64,000 nt of DNA, taken from the NCBI GenBank assembly GCA_907165135.1, contig OU015568.1:14012001-14076000 (forward strand), in the 5' to 3' direction. The notes beneath the pieces were generated by a model. It was not told where the DNA came from. It did not search any database and saw only the letters and a program-made list of their open reading frames with translations. Shown here piece after piece: positions 1 to 13,359 of the stretch. The position numbers and the translations under genes are program-made. Position 1 is the first letter of the stretch. Each line of letters starts with the position of its first letter. This DNA is from Oikopleura dioica (Eukaryota > Animalia > Chordata).

Positions 1-1835
1 TTCCGAAGCCATTTTTGTAATCGTTCCATCCTCTGGTAAAGTTTGTTTCGCCATCCACTCGGCGCTGGATTATTATCCAGCCTTTTCCCTTTATAAATTC
101 GCAGCGAACAGTCAGCGCCTTATAAAAATAATAATTTCAGACTTTTTTCTATTCTTACCCTTCCACGAACGTCGCGGATTCCACTCATATCATATTTTCC
201 GTCTACTGCATTAGGCCCGTCAAAGGCGCTACAGTCGGTCGCGTCAGTCTTTTTCGTGACCGGCTTCGATTTAGCAATTTGATACAACTCCCTTTCGAAT
301 TGCTCAGGCATACTGATATCCGAGCGACTAGGCGAAGATTGATAGTTGTCTTGGTCGTTCCGGCGGTAAGACGACGGCTAAAGACGGTTGATTGGATATT
401 GATTTTTATAAATACCTGTGGTTGTTTTTTATATCCTGCCATTTCATTCACAATCATATCCTTTCTTGGGATTAGAACTTTTTGACTTCTAATTAATTTT
501 TGAGCTCTAAGACTTTCCTTCATTGTGCTGTGGATGGTGTTTACGCCGTCCATCATCTCCTCGAGAATTCGCTTCTTTTTCTCCATTACATCTACCATGT
601 ATGCATATTTCTGATACATATTGTCTATCTCCCCAATTTTCGGCTTTAGGCTTTCTCAAGAAAGGATCAAACATATTTCGCCTTCCAATACTCGCTGTTC
701 TCATTATTTGATCCGTTATCTAATGTTCTACTGACACGACTTAGCTTCTTTTCTTGCTCTTCAGTTCTTTCTTCAAGCCTCCTAGAATCCATGTCTACTG
801 CGCCAAGCTCATTAATGATCTTGTAACTCGTCTCATCTTGTTCTGTCTTCACGCGATTTACCATATCGATCGTGCTAAAGACGCAGATAATTTATGTGAC
901 TCGCGACAAATTTAATTTTTACCTTCTAAGTTGGCCCTCTAAATGAACAATTCTGTCCGGAATGTTTGCCAGAATCTCCTGGCATAAACGCTTTTGCTCA
1001 AAATTTCCAACAGGAAAGTTTGTCGTGCAGAAATCGGTCATCTCAACGGACCGTTCAAATGGGTTTTTGTAAGTCTTTGGTCTGTTGTAATTAAGTTCTT
1101 CTGTAAAGAGTGGTATCGGGATCGGCTGAGTTGTCGTCGTTCTCTTCGTTGTGGTGGTCCTCCTGGTTGTTGTAATTACTTGAGCAGGTCGAGGGGTAGT
1201 GTTTGGAGGCTGATACATGTTTTGAGCGGCGGGAGGATTATTTGACGAGTAGGAATTGTAATTGGTGTTGCTTGGCTAATTTAATACCGTCAGTTTCAAA
1301 AAGCTGTTTTCGCTGACCTGTTGTTGATAGTACCCATAATTATTTTGGCTTCCATAAGACGATTGACTGCTTGAGTAACTGTTGGACAAAGAACTGCTTG
1401 AAGAGGATGATCCGTAATTGTTCGACACGTTTCTAGGAGTTATTACGTAATTACCGTTGGTGACAACGGCCCTGTATCTACCTGTCTTTATTAGGTCGAC
1501 GGTATATGTTGCCCTTGTTAGAGACAAGTTCAATCTTCAATGGGTTCTTGACCACAATTCCCTGATTGAATCTGTAGCTTTCAAGAACTTTGTTGAAGTT
1601 GATCGCATTCGTGAGATCATTTTTCCTGTGATACAAAATCACTCTTTGTTGATGGCTCCGCTCAGTAGGGTCGGATGAGTAGCGATTGTACACAAATATT
1701 GGCGCTTTTACTTTTTCTTCGTAACTATAAAAATGATAGAGAAAAGAAAATTATAAATTTTTAGTTAACTTACGGGTCATTTTGCGCTAGAATCTGTCCA
1801 ATAAGGAACAGAATTAAAAATTTCCTTCTTTTCAT
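1..1835 (-). CDS. Secreted coiled-coil + fibrinogen C-terminal (FReD) protein, angiopoietin/ANGPTL-like; multi-exon, 3' end beyond window start
   Basis: Exon 1835-1774 encodes the signal peptide MKRRKFLILFLIGQILAQNDP, followed by GT-AG introns. Ser/Asn/Tyr-rich and Thr-rich segments follow, then heptad-like exons (RRLEERTEEQEKKL; MEKKKRILEEMMDG). The final exon reads LTVRCEFIKGKGWIIIQRRVDGETNFTRGWNDYKNGFG, the classic FReD motif WxxIQRRxDGxxxFxRxWxxYKxGFG. Confidence 0.9.
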
Positions 1836-2267
1836 ATCTGCACTCTCAATTTATCGAATTTCGCATATTCCCTTCTCGCTGCTCTTGTGAAATGAAGTCA
1901 CACATTCGAAACCTGGAGCGTTTGATTAAGTCAAATTGATTGATTAAAACATTGATTAAAATTATTATTGGCATAAGTTAATTAAGCTCGCTACAAATCT
2001 TCCTTACTTTGGACACGCGTTTTAATTGCTAGGATCTCCGCTGATGAAGAGATTCTCTCCAGATCATCATTTATTTTATATTTGTGTCTAGCTACGCTCA
2101 ATTATCAGCCTAACTCAGCATTTTCCAGTTGATTTCGCTGCTTCTTCCTTGTTTTCATTATATTCTTTCTAGATCACGAGAAAATTGATATTGTTTCTGT
2201 GAAATCGGGCCGGGCCGAGTTCAGTTTGGGCTTTGGCATTGCTCGCAATTCGCAACAGTAGCCTGAC

Positions 2268-4513
2268 ATGAGCCGCTCCCTGTGCTGGAAGTACTGGGAT
2301 CATGTCAGCAACTGTTGGCATACAGTCCCTTGGCACTACGTAGAGCAGCTTCAGCTTCAAGGCAATGATTTTCAATCTGAAATACTTGCTGAAAATGAAT
2401 ATGCAATTTTAAAAATCTATCAAAAGATCACGATGACATCCAGGGACAGCCCCGTCAAAGCTCAAAGAGCAGTTATCAGGAATTTGTCCCATGCGACGAA
2501 TATCCCAATCTAACTGTCGTCGACTTGATGGAAAATTCACTTCTTCAAAGACCACACCGCCTGGGTCTGAAGAATGAATACGAGAGCGCTGAAGGTACTT
2601 TCCGTGTAAACAAATTCAAATGACATTGCCCATCGGTAATGATAATGGCGATAATGTCAATTTTTGACTTTGGGAGAACTTACAAACTTCGAAAGAAATG
2701 TAGTTTGTTAGTGTTAAAAAATGAGAGAACGAATTACCATTCGGGTCTTTATTCCGCAAGTGCAGAATGGTAATGTACAGTTATTTATCGATGACAGTTT
2801 TCGAAAGTTCGCCACTTGAAGCTCGAAGTGTTTACACGATAATAGTGCCGTGCTATTCGTAAATGACAGGCGGTCTTTAAAAAAATGCTCTCGCAGAGGG
2901 CCCTTATAATAATTTCAGAGTACCGAGAGGGCCGCGAGCCGATGCCGACGCCAGTCACGAGAAAGAGCATCCTCGAAATCAACGAGGAACTGTTGGCAGA
3001 AAAGTACGATCATCGTCAAGTGGCACAAACCGTCGATCCTCAGAAATGTAAATCTCACTCTGTTTTAGACGTCCAGGAAAGCCGGATACAATTATGCATG
3101 ACGATCTTTCGTAAGACAACCCTCTAGTTTTAGAGCTAACGCGACTAACACTCACACCTCGAATCAGAACGTAGAAAGATATTTATCCGATTACTCTGAT
3201 TACAAAACGCTACAACAGTAGAGCCAGTTCCGCAAAATCACAGACGAATGAGCTCAAAGAACTGCGCAAGGAACTTTCCGAGCCCATTATCAAAGCAGAT
3301 TTCAGCGAGAGCCTGAACCAGCCGCAGCTTATTTGGCTTCCCCAAAAACGGAGAAAGGAGAAGCGAAGTTTGGCTGATCTGGCGATGAATAAGAAGAAAT
3401 TGACAAACATCTCTCTGTTGGATAATTTCAAGCCACCCGAAGGTAGGTTTCCGTGATATTTGGCAGTCAAAAAAATTTATTAGGAACGGTTATAAAAATG
3501 ACGAACCCAATCACACGACATTCGCGATGGATTGATCCGGAGCTCAAACGACTCGGGTACAAAGTCGAACCGATTCAAGGAACCAAGGTTCGACCACCGA
3601 CCCAATTGGAGAACTTTCAATGCACTCCAATCAAAGCATATCCATCCTTTGATGATGATGACAGCCTTGCTAGTCGACCGATGACCCCAGTTGGTATCTT
3701 ACGCTTCAAACCCGAATTGCATTTTTCATCTTTATTTTAGAAATTCAACGACTACGACTTTTGCCATCGCCTATCGTCCGCAAATGCATGGATGATGCTC
3801 TTCGGCTCGGGGTTCTGGATCAAGACGACACGAGTATGATCATGAATAGAATTCGAAAAGATGAATACGAGGGAACACCAAGCAGAGGCAACACTCCAGA
3901 GCAAGGCAAAAAGGGCAGAAATATGAAAGATCTCGATATGAAAAACCCTCAGCGACTTATTTCGCCACTGAAATATCAACGCCAGCCAAGAAACTCTGGC
4001 GATCCGATTTATAAGATTGACAACAAAGAAGTTATTAAACCGAAGTGGAATCGACAGCCTATTGCTTACAGACGTAAGCTTACCTATGTTAAATATTTAT
4101 TTACCCTTCTTATAGCCGATCACAAGACAGAACCAATAGTACCACTCCACCTCGAAATTCCATTCTTCCGCGAGAGTCGCGATCGACGACTTCAGAATCG
4201 AATGCAAAACTGGGAGCGCTCTCTCCGCGAAACATCAAGAGAACCGAAGGCACATCAACGCGCTCGCCAGCAGCAGCAGCATAATCAACTTCCATACGGA
4301 CAATATGAACGGTCGCTTTATGCTCAAGAAGAATTCTCCCGCAGAGGTATAAATTTATACTCAAGTCAAAAGCTCATTATCCTAGGCGTCGATTACCCGA
4401 GACTCCACATGCATGGAGATCTGTGCGACGAGTCAAGCCAGCACACTGGGCCTCTATCCGCTCGACCGGAAGCGCCTCCATCATCTCCCTGTCGCGCAAT
4501 GTTCAATTCTTGA
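2268..4513 (+). CDS. Multi-exon uncharacterised protein, largely basic/disordered, with a Trp-rich N-terminus
   Basis: Short ORF pieces can be joined in phase through small introns: GC donor near 2360; GT-AG introns at 3451-3481, about 3694-3740, 4074-4115 and 4347-4385. Joins between 2.6 and 3.2 kb are uncertain. No family recognised. Confidence 0.55.
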
Positions 4514-7500
4514 TTGCCACTTTCTGCCACAGATATATACTTTTATTTTTATACAAATATACTATCTATTTTTCTAAAGTCAACCGCATTCATATTGTTA
4601 AAAATGCAGAACATGCCGGGCACCCTTTTTATAAATGCCACGAAAGAATGGGTAGATTGTTCACAAAACCGGTGGTGCCATTTTGCATCTTCAACGCAAC
4701 TTTTCACACCACCGATAGCAGAAAATCTGCGATTCATCAATTGCGCATAAGCAAAAGGTTATACTCGTCATGGGGTCTATATTACTGGAGATTTCATGTT
4801 TAGCAATTACTGGAGTTGACTCAGCAAAAATAAAGAAGAGAAGTAGTCCTCCTTGATTTCAATTATCGACGGCAAGTAAGACCAGGTCAGTTCTTCTTAC
4901 GTAAATTCATTTAAGAGCCGCTAGTCGGATCAGCGGTGTTTTGTCAGAGACAGAAAGTTAGAAATCTCCGTCTACAAAAAGTGATCCTCTTCAAAGTCCT
5001 TCCCGACCGAGTTGGCATTTTGAAACTCATTTTTGGGTTGATTTTAACGTCCACTCACATCTCGCTCAAGAAAGATGCGTTTTCGTCTTGTCTAGCAAAG
5101 TAGTACACGAGCGGCTGGTAACCAATCTATCGTAACAAATCTTTAGCCGTCGATTTATCCGTGACCTCGCCTGAACAAACACTGTATGCTCTCGTCCGTC
5201 GTCCTAATACCACATGATATCGAGATTAGCTGCTGCTCGAGTGGGCATTGCGGGCGTTTCCGTTCTCTCAGCTGATAATTAGATTAATTAGCAGACGGAC
5301 TTTTTGAGCGGCCCAAATAACAAAAACACTCTTTTCCCACTTGAAAGTGCTTCAAAGCATAATTTCCATTACGTGCTAAGCAGGAAATCAGTTTCGTCTT
5401 CCGGAAGTAGATAATTGCCGTGAGAGCGTGCCTCCTCTCCCGTCTGGAGTTTTATTGTGATAATTTGATTTTTTGGATATTTTAATTACTACTGATAATT
5501 TTCCTTCTCTCAGAGTATTCCCACACTGTTAATAATAATAACGTACAGTAGTTCCTGTTTAGGAAAATTAATTTTCAAACATTTTTATTTGAAATAATGA
5601 GCGACCGCAGAAAGTCGTTTCTGAACGTGCCATTTTCCCAGAGACGCTTTACTACATGACTTACAGCTTGGTTAATGATGAAGGATACGCCATTTCCGTT
5701 CGATTTTATATGATAATGCGTTTAGGGTGTGAAAAGCATGTGTTGGGAAGTCAATATTACTTCCGCCAATCGCCACTGGTAGTAAGACTTGCGTTTGAAG
5801 TGTTGAGAGAGCTGTCTTTGAAACGACAAGCGTAGACGTTAATCGTTAGACTTTTGGCTCGAAGGAGAAATGAACACTTTCCACAAATCATCTCTCAATA
5901 ATTTCGGAGCCCTTCAGGATCAAATGCCTCGCCAGTTGATCCACTTGCACAATACTAACGGTACGCGCTCGCATGCTCAAGGGTCGCAGATGCAAATCTT
6001 AAAGACATCGCGAAAATTTCAAAAAATTTGCGGAAACTTGCGCCGTTTCAAACGGGCGGAGCCTTGACCGGGACACTTGAGTGCTTGAATTAGGCGAATC
6101 CATTATCGGCCGCCTTTGAGCTTGAATACAAATTCCAAAAATTGCAGAAAATCTATATAAAAGCGCATTTATCAAGTTGAAGCAGGTGCGCCGGGAGAAG
6201 TAACGCTATTATTTTCGAGGGACTACTTAGAAGTTGCTTTTATCAGCGCTCACGGAAATGCTAATCAATTATTTTTCATAGACCGCTATTTGCGTACTTT
6301 ATTCCGTAAGAGAGAGAGAGACTCATGTCTCTTCAGTCATTAACCGTCTTAGAAAAGCCTGAGCAACACCTTCTCCTGACACCTCCAGTCGAAGATAATC
6401 ACCCTGCCCTTTCCAATAAGAACCTAGCCCAACCTAAGTAACATCTTATAGCTTTGCAACGTGCGTATTACGACCCATTACGAAAGCAGAGCTGCCATGC
6501 TTCGTGTCAAATTATTACGTCTGCGCCATCTTATCCTTCTGAACTTTAAATCTGCAAATTCTCTAGCAGAGAGAATACGACATGATGCACTCACTAAAGC
6601 TCCTCAATAGAAAACTTGTTGGTTGAAGACTTTTATTTGAACTTTTTGGACGAGAAATCCAGACAGATATTTCCTCGACGAATCTTGTTCTACTTGTGTA
6701 GCTACATATGTAGACATGGGCAAAACAAAGCCCAATAAGCAAATTTCAGTCTGACAGACTCACTGGAGCATTATGTATTGCACAAAATCAGCTTACACCC
6801 TGTCATCCCCATCTAAAGCGCGCGCGTAATACCAGTATCCTGTTTGAGTTTAGTTGTATGTATTTTCATGCGTCGTCGGGTTAAATTTTTTCGTCGCCGG
6901 AAACGGACCACATCCGCCGCAGACACTCGCTACCAGTTGTCCTCCCACTTGTTAATTTATTTCAACAACAAGAAGCAACACGGAAGTTAAATATGTCACT
7001 TTATGCGTCTTCTCCTCTGACACACCGCAGCTCAAATTGACAACGAAAACAGTTAACTCCTTGAGAACTTTCGGGGGCTCATAAACTCCCCTCGTTCGCA
7101 CCATAAACAAAGTCTTCTTAGCAATCCCATGTTTCCGAAAATATCCCCAAAGGAAAAACAGCCATGACAATTTCCGATCAATATTCTTAGCCCAGATTCG
7201 CGGGCATTTCCGCTCTAGAAAGGCTCCCATAAAACTCAGATTTCTCACTTTCATCCCCTTCATCAAGCCCTGGGAAAAAGTGTCAATCAGATACATGTTC
7301 TGCCGGTGCTTGTAAATCGTGAAAAAATGCGGAAATGCGAAAAGCGCGCATTAGCGTTTGATTTTCGTATTTTTGGTTCACACGAAGGCCAAGTGCAATT
7401 TCGCCAAGAAGATCAAACGGTGGGAGCACGCGCCTGGTACCACTTTATGGGCTTCATCCTGCCTGATTAAGGCGCGTCTATCAAAGGAAACTCTCAAGTT

Positions 7501-9463
7501 CTCATAGAAAACTTGAACTTGAGGAGATTTTTATGATTTTCTCTCTTGCAAGTTTTATCCAAGGACTTTTTGATTTACGATTGATTTGTTGGGACAGCTG
7601 AAGAACTGGTGACAGGTAAATGTTTCACGAGTATACCTAACTTTTTGAAATTTTGGCGTCCACTTTGCACAAACTTCGCTCAAACACCAACACAGCTCCC
7701 CTTTTTTTTGAGCGGTTTGAACAGGCATGCGTGGCATAAAACGAACACCGCTCAAGTACTTTTCCAAATTGATCCACAACTAACAAGCACTACTATCGGC
7801 ACTTTCTTATCTACAAGCAAAACTTGTTGTGCAACCGTTTTTCCGTTGCAAATGTGGATAAATAAGATAATAACGGGAAAACTGACAGAACTGGAAAATT
7901 TAATAAAATATTTTCTAAGTTATAACCGACGATTTTCGTTCAACCTCTTTTTGGCTGAACTTAGCAATATTTCCCTGTGGTCATTAAAAATACCAAATCT
8001 GCTCCCCACAGCCAAATCTCGTTCAGCAATAGATGCATGGCTGCATGTATACCAGTGTGATATTTTTGGTCGATTAACTGTGCCAAGAAAAACAGAAAGC
8101 GCGCAGTTTTCTGATTATATTATTTCTAGCGCTCCAAATAGACTTAGCCCTTTGTATAAATATTCTAATGAGGAGGATTAGAAGAGTTCTTACAAGGCGC
8201 CGACTTTTGTTGAGAGCCGGAGCTCAACATAAAAACTTGGAGTGAAGCCGAGAAGATCAATGTTTTATTTTATAAACAGGAAAGAAGTTCAATCATTCAG
8301 AGAAACATCTGAACTGCAATTCAAGAGGAGAAATATAGACATTGAATTTCACGGACATCGTAAACTTCAATAAATCGATATGTGTTTCATAAATCATTCT
8401 CCGCCCGTAATCTGCTTCATCACGCCATCTGTGACCTGCTTACCCAGTTTTACAGTAAAACATGACTTCTATCACTTCCCTACTAGGGCAGAAAATTTGC
8501 TAGTTATCAAGATTTATATTTTACTTTATGCTTGCTTTAGTAATTATCCATATTCTCCTTGATTATCTTATAATTAAAAAAAAAATCAGTGGTCGAAAAA
8601 GACTAATAATGAGTTCAAGTTACTGTCGTTATTCGGTCAAAATAGCATATTTTCTTCTGCTAGTATAAATGAGGTGAATGAGTTCCAAAATTCCAAGACG
8701 GCCTTTAGCATATTTCGAGTAATAAGTGGCAATGATTGAAACAGAAAATCGCTCACAATTCTACGCGAAAAACAACAATTAAAAAAAAAACAGAAGCTCA
8801 ATCAAAAAGTGATTAATTCAAGTAGAGGCGGATAATTGTTAGCTTTCCCCTGCGGGAGTGTGCCCTAAGCGTGCTACAAATCGAATTATATTTGGATCAA
8901 TTTGTGACTTTTGCGACCCGCCAAGCCGGTGGTGATGGGCACCGTATGGCTCAGCAGGGGAGTAGATCAGCTGATTAATATGTGCAACTCTAATTCAGTT
9001 ACAGTTTTTACAGTGAGACGCGCCAACTTCACACCGTGCTCTGCGGGCGATCAAGTAAATATTGAATCCCTAAAAACTTCTTTGTTTATTTTCATCTTGA
9101 CTTCATGAGCGTATTTTTACGTCTCGTAGACGTCTCCAAGGCGTAGAATTATGTGTTTCTCCGTGTTATGCCAATTGACAAGCTCTGGTTCCCACCGTCT
9201 ATATTGTCGGCATCCTTTTTTCATGTGGACCCAGGGTGTATACGCCTTATGCAACTGTGCGTGGAAAATATGCCCCGGCCCATATTATGCCAAAAATACA
9301 TATTACCGCACAAAGCCTTTTTATATGCCGCCATAATCTACATAAGGCCTGCGTCAGATTTTCACAGAAATGAGGAAAGGATAGCAGGGTATTTTGTCCT
9401 TCTAAAATAGAAGTTCCTAAACAGGGAAGTCTGAAAAGTTGAGCAGAGGAAATAAGTGCCAGT

Positions 9464-11436
9464 TTACGACGGTGAGTAATGCTCTGACTCCTCGATCTCA
9501 AGATCTGAAGCACGAGGTTTATCCATTGCGCCAACCGGCAGTAGAAGTTTACCAATCATCTCTTCATCCACAACCTTTACTCATGGCATTTCCATATGGG
9601 AAAGATCATGGATTAAAATTAAGAACCTCGACCTAATCTTAGGAACTGACTCAGTCTTCTGAACTTTTGCCGGTCCTCATGATGCTCCTCGTCAATCTGA
9701 CGAAAGGGTGATTCCGGAATATACCGGCGCGAGCTTACACATGTACTCTCATTCTTACTCACGACTGAATGGGTATGCTTGCGACAACGGCAACGACTCC
9801 TGGCTAGGCAAGGTTGGTATCTATTCAGTTTCACCCAGGTCATCATTTATCAAATTCAGCCCAGTCTGCCTAGATTTGCAGGCTGCGCAAAGCTGACGTT
9901 TCCTGCAGGTGTCGAGAATTGATTAGTATCCCGCCTGGTGCACCCCAATGATAATGATCCGATCCTATACTGATAAACTGGCAGAGTGTACCTGCGTCGC
10001 AAATGTAGGCCGAGAAATCGGCGCCTATTGTGTTGCAATTATGGAACGGTCACCCATGCGCAAAAACAAATATATACAATACGGTCACGTGTTTGTCCCC
10101 AGATCCGTATCCGACATTTTGAGGCCTCGGATGCGCCAGACTGGAGAGTTGATTTTGATAAGCTCTCTTACTTTGTTTGACGGGCGAAAGTTGCGCAATT
10201 ATAGTGCTCGTTGGCAATCAGTTATTTTGAAATCAAGTCGTTCTGTTTTCTCCTTAGGTTCTCCTAAGGTTATCGCCATCCTCAAGTGGATCAAGTTTAT
10301 CAAACAAAGCTCAATTCCATTCCCTTTCCAAAAAGAACCTATCGAACAGCATGGAGCTCATCTTCTACAGCTGCTGTTTATAGCAGCTTTCTTCTGTTTT
10401 GTCCGGGGATTATTTAATGATAATGTTACTTGAAAATCGTTAAAATGAATTCGGACGATAGTTGACGGTGGTGTTTTGTGATAAGAAGACTTAAACAGGG
10501 ATAAGCGAATTTATCCCTTCTGATATCTCAGACTTCCGAACAACTGGGACAAGATGCCGGCTAGACTAAGGTTCGAAGCTGTTTTTGATGATGTTGCCTT
10601 GTAGAAACAACGGATGTTTTACGGCTGTTGCTTTCGGAGGGCTATTTAGAAAGCTTTCTTCGCGCCGCCATCACCGTAGTAATGATCATTAACTTGCGGC
10701 GGTGCGTGTGTCAGAAGTGGTGTTCGTGCGCCCGATTTCCGGCCCCAATCAGCCGCCCAGATCAAACGCGCCTAGTCCTTATTGACACGGTTTTAAACCC
10801 CTCTTCTTCACTTGCTACAGTCGGATTAACCACCCATGAATCCACTCTTCTTCTATTTTTACGCTACGCTCCGGTTGGAGGTAATCTTTACGCTAATGAA
10901 GCTGCTACTCGAAAATAAAATCTGTGTTGTGCCAGCAAGGAGCACTATTAATTTGAGCGAATGTTTGCGTCTAGTTTATCGTGTAAAAACATTTGTAAGT
11001 TCTCTGTTTCAGGAGCGATGAGTGTGATGCGAATCTCTTGCATGGAACAACTTGTCTACAAGTGTCTCGAACAGAGCCCGGCGCGCTGTTTCTTTCAATT
11101 TTGAATTGGCTCCGATGTTCGACAAGATCCAGTGAACAACTCGAACTACACATTCACCAAAAACAGCGTGCCCCTTCATTAAACTCGAGCCCGAGAAAAT
11201 GCCAACAAGTGTCTTACATCTCCTCACATTTTCTTAAATAAACCCTGCTCAAAGCAGGAAAACTTCTTGAAAAATTGACTTGGCTGGAACACCTGTATTA
11301 TTTCTATAAAATCAAATTTCAGGCAGGGAATTACCGTTTGTTTTCCATGAATTCTTGAAACAGCGCGATAATAATCTCGCATTTTCGCCAATTCGCGCGA
11401 ATTTTCAGCACATTTTGTCGCATCAGATGATCCCAA
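9464..11436 (-). CDS. Possible multi-exon gene of unknown function, divergent from Irx
   Basis: Coding-like minus-strand pieces bounded by GT/AG: MGSSDATKCAENSRELAKMRDYYRAVSRIHGKQT; LSNIGANSKLKETARRALFETLVDKLF; IDEEHHEDRQKFRR; last exon VVDEEMIGKLLLPVGAMDKPRASDLEIEESEHYSPS*. I could not build a complete in-frame model, and it may be more than one gene. Confidence 0.25.
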
Positions 11437-12591
11437 TCAGTCAATCCATCTCGATCTACGAGAGGGACAAAATTCCCACAACTATAAAACTGCTATAGGA
11501 TGGGCCGTAAACACGTAAAAATTATCTGCGTACTTTTGCAACATAATCGGCCGTGTAAAAAAGAACTACTTGAGAAAAAAATGGAAGGGTTGTTGTTGTG
11601 CGGTTTTATTGCTGTGCATGGCATGGACAATGATCTCAACCATATTAAATGTCAACGATGGGTATTGTTTACGCCGTTTGTTTACTAATAGTGGCGGAAG
11701 TCAACTGCGGCGGCGAAGGGGGCTTCCGGCGGTTGACCCAGATTGTGTCAGTAGGCTCAGGCAATACTCAGACCATCGGAAATACCCGATTGACCTCGAC
11801 AAGGTCAGTCAAATTAGTTCACCTCTCCTAAACCTCAAGGAGCTTCCTAAATTACTCCAGCAAATATTTTATTCCGAGCATCTTTGAGACAATTTCTGGC
11901 TCTTAATTGATAACAGTAATACTCCTAAACAAGAATTTTAGTACTCTGTGGCCACTTTCTTCCTGTATCTACCGTGTTTTTGGGCATTTCTTTTGCGAGG
12001 TGAGAAAACAAGCTTTTCTACACTGTAAATTCAATTATCGTTTTTAGCGCGGAAGCTTTTGAAATCTCTTGACGGAAGCAAAGCTAACCTTTCTCCACAA
12101 GCAGTGGCCAACAACGGACACCTTTTGTCACCACATCACAGCAACACTCAACTCACAACGGACCCTCCTTTTCCATAATCGTTGTTTATTTTAATCAATA
12201 TGCTACGCGAAAAGGCAGAAGTGGTACTTTCAGACTCAAGATGGAAGGATAATCCAAACTCAGCATGATGGGATAATCGTGAAGTATGTGGCGTAATTAG
12301 GTGGCAATTTGTTGCGCATCTTGCCTGCGCAATCGCGAAACGCAACGCGCGCGCCATGCGCTGGGTCAGGAGGCGCCGCGGAGTTAGCGCGTTCTCGCCG
12401 CCGCGCTCAACTGGCGGCGCTGTCCGCTCCCGTCTTATATCCCTGCCCATCACCTCGGTCACCATATCAAATCCGTGTTCAACAGTTAACACTCACAAAA
12501 AAATCAAAACAACGAAAAGTTTTTCAAACACAGAGTTTACTTCAAAACCTTCAAACGAAAACCAAAGAGATTTAACGAAAAAAAAATCAAC

Positions 12592-13359
12592 ATGCAGCCA
12601 CAACTTTCTCCCACTCAGCTCCGATACCTCACCACCCCACAAATCGTCCCACAAATGGGCATGAGCGTTCCTCAGGTCAACCCAATGATGGCTGCTCAAT
12701 ACGGCTACGCTCAGCTGATGCAAGCCCAGGGCACACGAAAGAACGCCACTCGAGAATCGACCCAGCAGCTCAAAGTCTGGCTCAAGGAGCACCAGAAGAA
12801 CCCCTACCCAACCAAGGGTGAAAAGATTATGCTCGCTCTCGTTTCCGGTAAGTGAACACTTTCAAAACTGACCTATTTATACTCGACTTTGAAGTCGGTC
12901 CTTATCTCCTTTTCTTATTGATTTTGAAATTTATTTATTCTTTTAGGCATGTCCTTGACTCAAGTCTCGACCTGGTTCGCCAACGCTCGCCGACGACTGA
13001 AGAAGGAGAACAAATGGTGCCCAGAAGGAGGCTCCGAGGACAACGACGGATCTGATAGCGGCTCTGTCACCGCTGAAGATTCTACCTCTTCCATCGAGCA
13101 GCGAGTTCCTACCATCTCTGTCACCGACGAGTCCGGCTACTCCTCCTCTGACCGCGACGCCGGTTCCCCTCCAGCCTGCACTGTTCCAGTCGCTCCTCCA
13201 ACCGGCGTCTTCCCCAGCAGTCTCCTTGCTCCTGGCTTCGCTGGCGACATTCCTCTCCCACGATACATGCCCCGATCGCTTGAAACTTCTCCCGTTTCCC
13301 TCCCAAAGCGCAAAGCTGGAAGCCTCTGGTCAATCGCTGACATCACCGGCTCTTCATAA
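12592..13359 (+). CDS. Irx: Iroquois-class TALE homeobox transcription factor (2 exons: 12592-12847, 12947-13359)
   Basis: The homeodomain [39 protein letters not shown]|[22 protein letters not shown] has the TALE PYP insertion and WFANARRR. An acidic stretch and an IRO-box-like C-terminus ([14 protein letters not shown]) follow. The GT-AG intron 12848-12946 is in phase. Confidence 0.97.

Noticed and set aside
6952-8181. ORFs of 114 and 190 aa in the intergenic region
   Set aside because: AT-rich, with no coding-like composition, splice partners or motifs.
11570-11887. ORF with a hydrophobic stretch and RRRR, suggesting a small secreted precursor
   Set aside because: No in-frame ATG before the hydrophobic segment (the ORF starts at TTG), and competing frames are equally plausible. 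Unsupported without RNA data.
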